Below, piece by piece: positions 1 through 11,689 of a stretch of DNA of 43,952 nt. This DNA is from Octopus bimaculoides. Taxonomy: Eukaryota. A program made the position numbers and the translations under genes. The DNA lies in assembly GCF_001194135.2 (NCBI RefSeq), contig NC_068991.1:25028556-25072507 (forward strand), written 5' to 3'. The notes beneath the pieces were generated by a model, which saw nothing but the letters and a program-made list of their open reading frames with translations, ran no database searches and had not been told where the DNA came from. The number at the start of each line of letters is the position of its first letter. Position 1 is the first letter of the stretch.

Positions 1-277
1 ATATATATACATCTGAACTCAGAGCCATTTGGTTGTGATGCAAGCTTCTAACCATGCAAGCATGCCTGCACACACACACATCACAGAGAGAGAGAGAGAG
101 AGAGAGAGTGTATAATTTAAACTTTAAATTGCATGAAATATATCCAGTATTTAGAACTCCATGTCTATACCTGTTTGTGTTAGTGTATATGTATCATCAT
201 TATTATTATTATGAGTCCAGAGTTCCACAGAAAATATGCAGAAAATGAAAGAAAACATTTCTTATATCTTATTTCAG

Positions 278-404
278 AGAAGATTACAAAGGATATGTAC
301 CACCATACACACCTCGTTTCTACAATGGCTGGCACCCAGCACCGTCAGCAGATGACTATGCACCACAACCAGCACAAGGAATACCTAAGATCCAACCATC
401 AATG
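278..404 (+). CDS. EPS8: EPS8/arouser-family gene, internal exon (phase 2->0): EDYKGYVPPYTPRFYNGWHPAPSADDYAPQPAQGIPKIQPSM
   Basis: tttcag acceptor and ATG|gtatgt donor; open frame. YVPPYTPRFYNGW matches the EPS8-family IPPYVPRFRNGW motif upstream of the SH3 (recalled family knowledge). The symbol is a family-level call. Confidence 0.88.
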
Positions 405-627
405 GTATGTTTGCATTTATTTTTCCCTGCAGCTGTTCTTTATAAGCAATCATTGTAATATCAAAGGTATCATAACAATATGTTATAAGGATGCATGTAT
501 ATATGCACGGATAAACAATCTTGTATANNNNNNNNNNNNNNNNNNNNNNNNNNNNNNNNNNNNNNNNNNNNNNNNNNNNNNNNNNNNNNNNNNNNNNNNN
601 NNNNNNNNNNNNNNNNNNNNNNNNNNN

Positions 628-671
<44 letters not shown>

Positions 672-1500
672 TACATTATGATCAACTTTGATGGTCTGAA
701 AGACTCCACCATCTGATACCTTCAAGTGCCTTTAGTTGAGTTCACACTGTAACTAACTTTTGAGTCAGGTCATTTATATGAAGGTACCTTAACACCTCCC
801 TCCAACCAGCCTCATAGCTGCTGTAAAAGTTTGTGGATACTGATCTTCTCTCCTGACTTATTAAATTAAAAAATTCCATAATTTCTTAAGTGTAGTCATC
901 ATTGGCTATACACTATCTATGATGATGATCATGATAATGATGAAGTCAACCCATCATATAAAAATTGGCCACATTTAGTTGGAAAACAATGAATACCTAG
1001 TTTTTAACAATATTTACTGTGTTCTGAAGGCAGTAATTTAAAAGAAATGATAACGTGCTTAAAAAGATGTGATGGTCACAGCGGGAATATATTTATAGTC
1101 TTTTTGACTTAAAAATGACCTAGGGCTAAACAATACTTTGTTTTTGTCACTGGCCATTTTCTACTGTCAGTACTGACCTGCTTATATTTAAGCCAGGCAT
1201 TAGTCTTTAACCATTTTTTCTTCACTGATTATAACAGAATAAAATGTATATTTAATGAAATCATTATTTCAGTTTTCAAGCCTCTCAGTTCAAATCAGCA
1301 TCAATTTTCCTTTATTCCTTGAGGTGGTAGATAAAATGTGTTACTAGATACATACAAACTACTATAATGTTTCACTAAAAATAGGGGAAAAAAAAATTAC
1401 CTTGTACTTAGTCTAAACAAATGGCTATTAGACTGTATTATTTATTGTTCTACTTTTATTTTATTTTATTTATATTTTGTTTTGTTTTATTTCTAACCAG

Positions 1501-1544
1501 ATGGGAGCCAACAGAGTACTAGTTGCACATCATGAACCTTTCAT
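1501..1544 (+). CDS. EPS8: EPS8-family exon (phase 0->2): MGANRVLVAHHEPF(M)
   Basis: Long T-rich tract plus ctaaccag acceptor; gtaagt donor; only one frame open, and it is phase-compatible with both neighbours. Confidence 0.75.
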
Positions 1545-1927
1545 GTAAGTTTTGGCTTTAATCTTTCCAAATTCTAGATTATTTTCAAAATCAGTTACGT
1601 CATAGGCAAGCATTTCAATGAAAATATATTCATAAAGAAAGTTCCAAGTGACATTTTGCAAAGTGGAACAAAACTACTTCAGGCCCCAGGATGGGAAGGT
1701 ACCGCCTGGAAGTTGAAAAGTTACTTTTTAATTTAGTCTGAAACAATTATTTTCTTGAGATAATCATTTTTCACAGATCAATATGATCTTTTATTTTAAC
1801 TTAGTAACATTTGTAATAGCAATTACAAATATTGTATCTGAAACAAGAGTATGTTATGTGGGTATTGAGTGTGTATGTGTATATTTGTATGTATGTATGT
1901 GTGTATACACATACATATATATATATT

Positions 1928-1967
<40 letters not shown>

Positions 1968-2079
1968 AAATAAGGATAAAAATCATGTTAGTGATTAATA
2001 TCAGATAGTCAGTATGCAATAAAAATTTATAAGAAATTTATATATTAAATTAATAATTAAATATTTCATAATTAAATTT

Positions 2080-2110
<31 letters not shown>

Positions 2111-2111
<1 letters not shown>

Positions 2112-2500
2112 GACGATAAGAAAATGGAGGAAAAATGAGAAGTGTGTCTTTGGTGCTAAAAAGCTATTATTTAATTAGTTAAACAAGGTTAAGGTAAGAG
2201 TGAGTTTACAGCTGTTTCTGTGCACCATGTTGAGGTAAATATGTATTTACCTCGTTGCAAATGGTAGACGTCATCAGAACGAAGAAGGCAGAGATAGACA
2301 AAGAGGAAAATAGAGCAAAAGATAGAGGGAGAAACTGGAGAGAAAAATGTTCAATGATTCGAAAGTCTTACATTTTAGTTAGGTTCAAAGTTCATTAAAT
2401 CCATTGTGAGGTAGATGAAGAATAGAGGTTTGTTGAATCTAAGGTCTTGTAGTTAGTTATTTGCATGTGGAAGACATCTATCCCTTAGAGGGTTTGAACA
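2111..2500 (-). mobile_element. Penelope-like element 3'/pLTR remnant with degenerate hammerhead (about 2204-2280)
   Basis: Minus strand GUU-CUGAUGA-[long stem II with 10-bp GAGGUAAAUA/UAUUUACCUC hairpin]-GAAACAGCUGUA-AAC; palindromic stem III; ends in (AT)n. Confidence 0.45.
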
Positions 2501-2573
2501 CTTCTAATTTATACCTTACATAAATTATATATTTATTTATAATAAGAATTGCAGATATTGTATCTGAAACTAG

Positions 2574-2624
<51 letters not shown>

Positions 2625-2645
<21 letters not shown>

Positions 2646-2817
2646 GTTTAACGTCCGCTTTCCATGCTAGCATGGGTTGGACGACTTGACTAAGGACTGG
2701 TGAAACTGGATGGCAACACCAGGCTCCAATCTAAATTTGGCAGAGTTTCTACAGCTGGATGCCCTTCCTAATGCCAACCACTCAGAGAGTGTAGTAGGTG
2801 CTTTTACGTGTCACCAT
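2625..2817 (-). mobile_element. 3' tail of an RTE-type LINE/SINE ending in (GAT)n
   Basis: Minus strand GCATGGAAAGCGGACGTTAAACGATGATGAT. Related decayed tails at about 7500-7560, 9400-9550, 14500-14610, 23320-23540 and 25480-25630. Confidence 0.6.
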
Positions 2818-3162
2818 ACATATATGTGTATGTGTGCACATGTTTATTTATGTGTAAGTGCATATACATGTGTGTATGTATAAAATATAAGTTTACAATA
2901 TTACAGATATTAAAGCTAGTGTGTGTATGTATATGGGCCCACTGATTGACAGACCCATCAACAGATGGACTGACTGACTGCTGGATTGAATAATGGACCA
3001 ATGGATGGACAGATGGATGGACTGACAAACTAAGAATATATGTGTACCTCTTTTTTATACTTACATATGCTCATGAATAATCAGAAAACCATCTTTAAAT
3101 TTGAAATTGGCCTGTTTAATTAATTAATTTATTTATTGTTCACTATTACCCTTATGAAACAG

Positions 3163-3273
3163 GCAAGAGAAAATGGGACCACCAAGCCAAAGATTTAACA
3201 ACATACCTGTACCATCTGTACCTGATAATAGTAACGAATTGTTTCTTCAGGGTCTACGAGAAAGAGGTGCCAA
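3163..3273 (+). CDS. EPS8: EPS8-family exon (phase 2->2): QEKMGPPSQRFNNIPVPSVPDNSNELFLQGLRERGA(K)
   Basis: aaacag acceptor, gtaagt donor, 111-nt open frame; LRERGAK leads directly into the SH3. Confidence 0.82.
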
Positions 3274-3529
3274 GTAAGTACTAACTAGACATTATTCCTT
3301 TATTCTTTTTCTAATAGCTTCTGGTACAGGGCATAGCTGTGTAGATGCAAGCATATTTCTCTGGTTAAGTAATTTGCTTCCCAACTACAGGGTTTCACAC
3401 GGTAGTCCTACTGCATGGCTCTTTTAAGCAGGTGTTGTCTACAATAATCCTGGCTCAACCAAGGCCTTGTGAGTGGATTTAGTTGATGGATATTGAAAGA
3501 AACTTGATGTGTGTGTGTGTGTGTGTGTG

Positions 3530-4280
3530 TAAGGTGTTTTTATGTGCTACCTGCACCGGAGCCAGTCCAGCAGCGCTGGCAACGACCATGCTCAAATGTT
3601 GTATTTCATGTGCCACAGGCACATGTGCTGGTAAGGCGACGCTGGCAATGATCACACTTGAATGGTGCTTTTTACATGCCACTGGCATGGGAGCCAATCC
3701 ATTGCCTTGGCAACGATCATACTCAGATGTGCTTTTGATGTTCCACTGGCATGAGTGCCAATCATGCAGTACTGTCATCAGCCACGTCAGTGATTTTGAT
3801 TTCATTTCACTTTCCTCAATAGGTCTCTTCGCAAGCAAAGTTTATTGTCCAATGAATGAGGGGTACTCATAAGTGGGCTGGTTACACCCACTGGCATAGG
3901 CCATGGGCTATGGTCTCACTTGGTTTGTCGGGTTTTTCAAGCACAGCATATTTCCTATTTCCAAAGGTCTCGCTCACTAGTCATTGCCTTGGTAAGGCCC
4001 AAAGTTCGAAGGTTGTGCTTCACCACCTCATCCCAGGTTTTCCTGGGTCTACCTCTTCCACAGGTTCCCTCAATGCTACGGTGTGACACTTTTTCACATA
4101 GCTGTCCTCATTCATTCGCAACACATGACCATACCAGTGCAGTCGTCTCTCTTACACACCACATCTGATGCTTCTTAAATCCAACTTTTCTCTCAGGATG
4201 CTTACACTCTGTCATGTATGTACACTGACATTACACATCCAGCGGAGCATACTGGCTTCATTCCTTGCAAGCTTCCGCAT
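3530..4280 (-). mobile_element. RTE-clade LINE 3' fragment (ORF C-terminus plus 3' UTR with about 60-bp internal repeats)
   Basis: Minus translation ASMLRWMCNVS...LREKLDLRSIRCGV*ERRLHWYGHVLRMNEDSYVKKC followed by a frameshifted GRGRPRKTW-like segment. Confidence 0.75.
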
Positions 4281-4755
4281 ATATATATAAACATTTATAA
4301 ATTCAAAAAAGGATAAAACTCTTTTACAAGAATTTTATCAAGAAGCCAGTGTGTAAAAAAATTCATAAGGGAAATTTCTATTCCCAAGAATATAATTATT
4401 CGTTTATATTTACCGAAAAATAATAACGCCACNNNNNNNNNNNNNNNNNNNNNNNNNNNNNNNNNNNNNNNNNNNNNNNNNNNNNNNNNNNNNNNNNNNN
4501 NNNNNNNNNNNNNNNNNNNNNNNNNNNNNNNNNNNNNNNNNNNNNNNNNNNNNNNNNNNNNNNNNNNNNNNNNNNNNNNNNNNNNNNNNNNNNNNNNNNN
4601 NNNNNNNNNNNNNNNNNNNNNNNNNNNNNNNNNNNNNNNNNNNNNNNNTTATAAATTCAAAAAAGGATAAAACTCTTTTACAAGAATTTTATCAAGAAGC
4701 CAGTGTGTAAAAAAATTCATAAGGGAAATTTCTATTCCCAAGAATATAATTATTC

Positions 4756-5102
4756 GTTTATATTTATATAAAGGGCATTATTACAGAAAAATAACAACGC
4801 CACACAGTGGGCTTCTCAAAATAACCACATTTAGTACCTAATGCGAGGAAAAACAACCAACAGAAGATGACCAACTTTCTTTTAAATAAACTTAACTGTG
4901 TATGAACCGATTTCGCGATTACTAGAATGAATATAGATTTCGTTTATCAGCACAGTATTGTCCCAAAAATATATACAAATAAACAGAATTCTCACCTCAC
5001 CAAAAACGAACACACTACGTATCCGACAGATGGTTATTTTGAGAAGTCCACTGTGTGGCGTTATTATTTTTCTGTAATAATGCCCTTTATATAAATATAA
5101 AC
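4756..5102. mobile_element. MITE-like element with about 72-bp terminal inverted repeats
   Basis: gtttatatttatataaagggc...ctcaaaataacca (4756-4828) is the reverse complement of 5031-5102 with few mismatches. Confidence 0.65.
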
Positions 5103-5588
5103 ATTTATATATATAAATTTAATATGGATTTATCTAATCTGGTAATAACCACAAAAAAGCTCCTTTAGTGGGACAGGCTACAAACTACACAATGGTTGTC
5201 ATCCTATGGATACCAACTGGTGAAATAAATACATTCATTTCATACCTCCTGACTTTCTTTATATTTAATGTATGTATGTATGTATGTATGGATGTATGTA
5301 TGGATGGATGGATGGATGGATGCATGCATGCATGCATTGTAGCAAGAGGAGATTGAAGAAATATTAGTAAAATGAAGGAACATTAGTTTGAAAAGCTTGA
5401 GAAGCACTGCTCTTTACAATATGACAAACATTATACATATATCGTTTACTCTACAGTATGACATGCACTGTCAAATCCTTAAAAACTGGAATTCCTTAGA
5501 ATCATATCTTACCCCCACATGACCACTCAAGTAAGGAAGCCTACTCAGAATCTATTAAAATAAGACATGTTGAATTTTATTCTTGCAG

Positions 5589-5664
5589 ATTTTGTGAGGT
5601 AACACATTATCGACAGAAGAAAAATACCAAGGAATTAACTGTTATAAAAGGAGAAATTCTTGAA
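5589..5664 (+). CDS. EPS8: EPS8-family exon, SH3 N-half (phase 2->0): FCEVTHYRQKKNTKELTVIKGEILE
   Basis: ttcttgcag acceptor, gtaagt donor; N-x-x-EL-x-V-x-KGEILE is the SH3 RT-loop signature of EPS8/arouser. Confidence 0.9.
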
Positions 5665-6636
5665 GTAAGTATAAATTACACTTAGTCACATGTATCTGAT
5701 TAGCTGTTAATTAGGTTCCATTTAGAATGTCTTCACTTCATTGGACATGTATGATTTTTGTTTTTGTAATGGCCATTTGGTGGAATTGATAATTGCTGGT
5801 ACCAAGAGGTCATTCTTATTGCTTGCATTTACTGTTGGATTGATGTATTATTGTTATTGGTGTTTAGCTCTTAGTCAATCTTGATTTAGCTGACCTAGCA
5901 TGCTAGCCATGACCATCATGTCTATTTTCAGACACTGATCATAAAAAAAAAAGATTAATATATCTTCTTTTTTTTTTTTTATATCAAGATGCTAGGTTGT
6001 GATTTGAGGGAGATTTAGCTGCTATTAGTTACCTATAAAGTAGTTCACTTGTGTTCACCACAATGCTATTGGCAACTTTCCCTTTTAAGATCGATTTCTT
6101 TTCAAAATCTGCAGTTCATGTTCAAATTTCAACATGCTGTCCTTTGTCTTTCTTATCTCTACATAGGCCAGTAAACTTAGTATCGGTAATACACTGGTGT
6201 CAGTTTCAATCTATATACTCATTCACTACAAAGCATTTTCCTTACACTGTAGCAAAAACGTTCAGTATGTCACATGAGAGGGCCTCTATAGAGGTGGTTG
6301 AGCTTTTTTTTCTGTTGATATGATCTGGAGAATGAGTTGTGTCCCTGTTCCCTGCTCTTCACAAGCTGTGTCTGAACCTAATGAGATCAACACAGTTCCT
6401 CATGATGTGTTAATCTCTGTATTGTAAGCAACCCTTCTTTTTATGACAGATTTCTTCTCTGAGCATCATTTATTTTCACTCTTTAGATATTTTCTTCCTT
6501 TTAGATGAATTAGCTATCTGCTTTGTCATTAATTGTTAAATTCTTTTAGACTTATCTGCTTTTTGAATGAAAGATAAGGGCAGCATTTTGGAAATTTATT
6601 TATTAAAGTTTAGTACTTATTTTGGCACTTATTGGT

Positions 6637-6958
6637 AAAGATCCCCTTCGGTCATGAATGACCATGGGATTGTACTTAGAAAGTTCCCCTCCGAGGCACA
6701 AGTCTGGGCAAAGTTGTTTTATGGAAGACAAGCTGTCACCCATGTATATCAGCCTGTCCCCTCCATGCTACTGATGTTATCCAAGGGAAAGGCAAAGGCC
6801 TATACAGTGACATCACAACTCATTTCTACAGCTGAGTTACTGGAGCAACATGAAATAAAGTGTCTTGCCCAAGAACACAACACACAACCCAGTCCAAGAA
6901 TTAAACTTACTACTTCACGATTGTGAGCCCGACGCTCTAACCACTGAGCCATGCACCT
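6637..6958 (-). mobile_element. tRNA-derived SINE, family A
   Basis: Minus strand head TGGCTCAGTGGTTAGAGCG followed by GTGTTCTTGGGCAAGACACTT central domain; homologous to 36151-36482. Confidence 0.8.
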
Positions 6959-7734
6959 ACAATATGGTATTTATTAGATTGGTATTTATTTTACTAATTT
7001 ATTAATAGACAAAGTAGACTAAAGTTCACCATGGAATGAAAAGAAAGTAGACAAAAACACTCTAAGAGCCTCTATTGTTTGTATTGGCTCACTGCCACTT
7101 GAATTAATGAGAGAGGCTATATGTGGATGTTTGATCTGCTAAAATCAGCAGTTAAATTTTCCACATATCACACTTTAATATCTTGAAAAGGGAGCAACTC
7201 ATTGGATAGTGCAGTCCTCATTACCCAATTCCTGAAAATAACAGTATGATAATAACTTGAATATATTCAATCAAAGGGTTTTCTTAATCGGTTTTCTTAG
7301 AGCTAAACAACAATGTACTGCCACTGAGAAAAGAATTTCAGGAAATAATATATAATTGAAAAATATAAGTTTGGAGCTAAAGTGCATCAACAACAAATAA
7401 TTATATTCAAGCTTTCATTTAGTGGGAGTAATTTTGTCAAATATCTTAGTTTGTTGTACAATATTTCATTATAATGCTTTGTATATGTGTGCATGTATAT
7501 CATCATCATTATTTAACATACATTTTTCATGCTGGCATGGGCTGGATGGTTTAGCAGGATCTGTTTGGCTTCAGGACTGCTTAGAGGTTATTTACGTATG
7601 TATATGTATACNNNNNNNNNNGCTTGCTGCCTAGCCATATGGTTTCAGGTTTTCCCTGTGCTGCATTGGGGCAAGTGGCTAGTGAAAGGTCTCATGAGTG
7701 AGTTTGGCAGACAAACTGAAAAGAAGTCCTTTAT

Positions 7735-7831
<97 letters not shown>

Positions 7832-7904
7832 CGGCAGTATCAACACCAAGTAGTGCTTAGGCATAAGCAAACTTTAGATTAGTTAAAATATGTTTGTGAC
7901 ATAC

Positions 7905-8798
7905 GATGTTTGTGACAAACAGCATCCTGCAAACACTGCAAAACATCATGGTAGTACTCCTTGTCTACTGCCTGTCTAGGTGGAACATACTCTTGATAAA
8001 CAATCCCCTCGTAGTCAAAGAAAACAGTCGACAGTGTCTTCACATTGCTTCAACTCATTCCTGCTTTCTTTGGTCTTGGGGAGGTTGGGTTTTCCACTGT
8101 GAAGACTGAGCCTTTGTTTTGGTGCCATAGCCATAGACCTATGATTCATTACCGGTTATAACCGTTTCCAAAAATTTTTCATCGTTTTCAACATAATCAA
8201 GGAGATCTTGTGCAACTGAAGCCCAAGTGTCTTTTTGGTCAGCTGAAAGCAGTTTTGGCGCAAACTTGGTAGGCATGCATCTCATATCCAAATCTTCAGT
8301 GATAATGGACTGAACTGAACCGTAACTAATCTGCATGATAGCTCATGGATGGTGATTTGATGATTTCCCCTCATAGCTACACGCACATCTGCAATGTTTT
8401 TTTCTCAGTTCTGCTGTTTGTGGGTCTCCCAGAATGTTTGTCACTAGCAACATTTTTTCAGCCATCTTGGAAATGTCTTAACTACTCGCACACTTGTGTG
8501 CAGCTCATACATTCCTCTCCATACACTTTCTGCAACTTTGTGTAGTCCTCTGAGAAGGTATCACCAACTTTTGGCAAAATTTGATGCAGATTCTCTGCTT
8601 AACTTTCTCTGTCATGGTCAATGCGACAATCACACACTACACACGTTCCTTCCAAGCACTGCTGTAAACAGCAGAAGTGAGCCAGAATGTTAAAACTTAG
8701 TGTGCATGCACAGCAGAGTTCAAGGTCAAACTGTGTTAAGTGGCTTCACTCTGCATGCTTTAGCTTTAGCAGTCCGGATACTTATTGATCAGACCACA
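7905..8798 (-). mobile_element. Mariner (Tc1/mariner) transposon, 5' about two-thirds, pseudogenised transposase
   Basis: TIR agtccggatacttattgatcagacc then TA. Minus translation MTEKVKQRICIKFCQK...SGRP...KFAPKLL...VITGNES*VYGY...FFDYEGIV. Confidence 0.9.
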
Positions 8799-9272
8799 TA
8801 TTTCAACTTCTAAGGGATTCCCAAAGCGGGCACCACTGGACAGATGTTTTTAAACATTTCATCATGGGAGAGAACATTTGCTCCACAGTAACTGCAGTGA
8901 ATTCTTCTTTAGAAGTTGAAATATATCAAAATCATGTTTTCACTACCCAAAAGTTTGCATATATATATATATATATATATATATNNNNNNNNNNNNNNNN
9001 NNNNNNNNNNNNNNNNNNNNNNNNNNNNNNNNNNNNNNNNNNNNNNNNNNNNNNNNNNNNNNNNNNNNNNNNNNNNNNNNNNNNNNNNNNNNNNNNNNNN
9101 NNNNNNNNNNNNNNNNNNNNNNNNNNNNNNNNNNNNNNNNNNNNNNNNNACCTATACTGCTAAGCACTTTATAGGTCACTGTATGAGATTGGCCATAAGT
9201 TTTAACTTCCTAAATTGTATTACTGCTCTAATTCTTTAGAGTGTGCTTTTTTCTAGGTATATGAACTACTGA

Positions 9273-9312
<40 letters not shown>

Positions 9313-9646
9313 GGTGGGGTGTGTTTGTGTCTACATTTGTCATGGCATATGATCGTTATAAATGATCATTGATATCATATAAGCAATGTATGTTTCCAGT
9401 CTTTCATAAAAAAAGACATGTCTGGCCATGGGGAAATACTACTTTACTTGGAAACATGGGGTTTAGCAACAGGAAGGCCTATGGCTGTATCTGCCTCAAC
9501 AAAGTTCATCTGGTTCATGCAAGCATGGAAAAGTGGTGATAAAAACAATGATTACACACACACACACACAAAAACACACACAAAAGCAAGAGACATATTA
9601 CAAGTAACAATATTTGTTTATTTTTTTCTTTTAAACTTCAAAATAG

Positions 9647-9760
9647 ATTTTGGATGATTCTAGAAACTGGTGGAAACTTAAGAACTGCAGAGGACAAGTT
9701 GGACATGCTCCATATACCATTTTAAGTCAACATGTGTCGCTGACCCCTATTGACAATGGA
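9647..9760 (+). CDS. EPS8: EPS8-family exon, SH3 C-half (phase 0->0): ILDDSRNWWKLKNCRGQVGHAPYTILSQHVSLTPIDNG
   Basis: Pyrimidine tract with aaatag acceptor, GGA|gtgagt donor; LDDSRNWWK...G..P..IL is diagnostic of EPS8-type SH3. Confidence 0.92.
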
Positions 9761-9928
9761 GTGAGTGCCTTCCGTTACTAAATTCTTGCAGACCTGCCTG
9801 CTGTACCATTTCCAATGTTGTTGTTAAATTTATTAAAATTACTTGTCTTATTATGATTTTTTTAATTATATATTTAAGAAAAGTTCCACATACATATATG
9901 TGTGTGTGTGTATATATGTGTATGTGTG

Positions 9929-9974
<46 letters not shown>

Positions 9975-10787
9975 NNNNNNNNNNNNNNNNNNNNNNNNNN
10001 NNNNNNNNNNNNNNNNNNNNNNNNNNNNNNNNNNNNNNNNNNNNNNNNNNNNNNNNNNNNNNNNNNNNNNNNNNNNNNNNNNNNNNNNNNNNNNNNNNNN
10101 NNNNNNNNNNNNNNNNNNNNNNNNNNNNNNNNNNNNNNNNNNNNNNNNNNNNNNNNNNNNNNNNNNNNNNNNNNNNNNNNNNNNNNNNNNNNNNNNNNNN
10201 NNNNNNNNNNNNNNNNNNNNNNNNNNNNNNNNNNNNNNNNNNNNNNNNNNNNNNNNNNNNNNNNNNNNNNNNNNNNNNNNNNNNNNNNNNNNNNNNNNNN
10301 NNNNNNNNNNNNNNNNNNNNNNNNNNNNNNNNNNNNNNNNNNNNNNNNNNNNNNNNNNNNNNNNNNNNNNNNNNNNNNNNNNNNNNNNNNNNNNNNNNNN
10401 NNNNNNNNNNNNNNNNNNNNNNNNNNNNNNNNNNNNNNNNNNNNNNNNNNNNNNNNNNNNNNNNNNNNNNNNNNNNNNNNNNNNNNNNNNNNNNNNNNNN
10501 NNNNNNNNNNNNNNNNNNNNNNNNNNNNNNNNNNNNNNNNNNNNNNNNNNNNNNNNNNNNNNNNNNNNNNNNNNNNNNNNNNNNNNNNNNNNNNNNNNNN
10601 NNNNNNNNNNNNNNNNNNNNNNNNNNNNNNNNNNNNNNNNNNNNNNNNNNNNNNNNNNNNNNNNNNNNNNNNNNNNNNNNNNNNNNNNNNNNNNNNNNNN
10701 NNNNNNNNNNNNNNNNNNNNNNNNNNNNNNNNNNNNNNNNNNNNNNNNNNNNNNNNNNNNNNNNNNNNNNNNNNNNNNNNNNNNNNN
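9975..10787. other. Largest assembly gap (N run)
   Basis: Continuous Ns next to (AT)n; source of the X-filled false ORFs. Confidence 0.97.
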
Positions 10788-11607
10788 ATGACCAAGTCTG
10801 GAAGGATCCACTTCCTGTCGAAGGAAGAGACAGGTGATGGGGGTGAGATTTGAGCTCAGAATGCAGAGAGCTGGAAGAGATACCGCAAGGCATTTTATAT
10901 GACGCTCTAACAGGATTCTGCCAATCCACTGTCCTCGACTGGTGATATGATTTATCAACCCTGAAAGGAATAGAAAGTTAAAGTTGATCCTGGTGGGGTT
11001 GGACTCAGAGCACAGAGAACCAGTAAAAATACTGCATAACATTTTATCCTCTGTTCTAAATGATTTTTAATTAATTTTTTGCTACCTTAATTCTTGAGTT
11101 GAATTTTTCATAATATTTAATTCAGTGATCTATATTGTAAGTTTAAATTTAGTTTAAAATTACTTGGCCTTTTACCCTTCTATATTTATTAATTTTATTG
11201 GTTTCAGCCAGAGGCTGTGTGTCCATAGTGGGGTACCACCTTTCAAAAAACATGAACAGCCCTAATAATTTTTGAGCCTTATTGGTGTCTCATCAGAGAT
11301 TTTCTTCATCACTATCTTAGTTTGAACATGGTTTAGGACTACTTTACCTTTCACCTTTCTAGAATTTGATAAAATTAATACCAGTCATATTTTTTTAATT
11401 GATCCAATCAGCTGAATCCCTGCCCTAAAGTGCAAGGTCTAAAGATTATGTATGAATTTGTTATTTCCATTTTTTTATGTTTAATTTTGTTCCTTTTTTT
11501 TTGTCAGCTTTAGCTAAAGAAAATACAAAATTAAAAAAAAAACAAATTATTTTCACTTGTATATTTTTATGTTTATTATTTTTATACATTGGATATAGTA
11601 TATTTCT

Positions 11608-11689
<82 letters not shown>

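Noticed and set aside
341-360. PSADDY as an intramolecular EPS8-SH3 ligand
   Set aside because: Spacing is PxxxDY, not the PxxDY consensus.
3251-3273. Alternative acceptor gtttcttcag inside exon 3
   Set aside because: Would shift frame before the SH3; the upstream acceptor at 3162 gives a continuous frame.
3479-3872. Overlapping 119/129-aa ORFs on both strands
   Set aside because: Lie in the repeated 3' UTR of the RTE fragment.
9747-11042. Long ORFs (300-430 aa) in the track
   Set aside because: Made of X from the N gap and (AT)n translations; the same applies to ORFs near 18636-19027 and 39195-39670.
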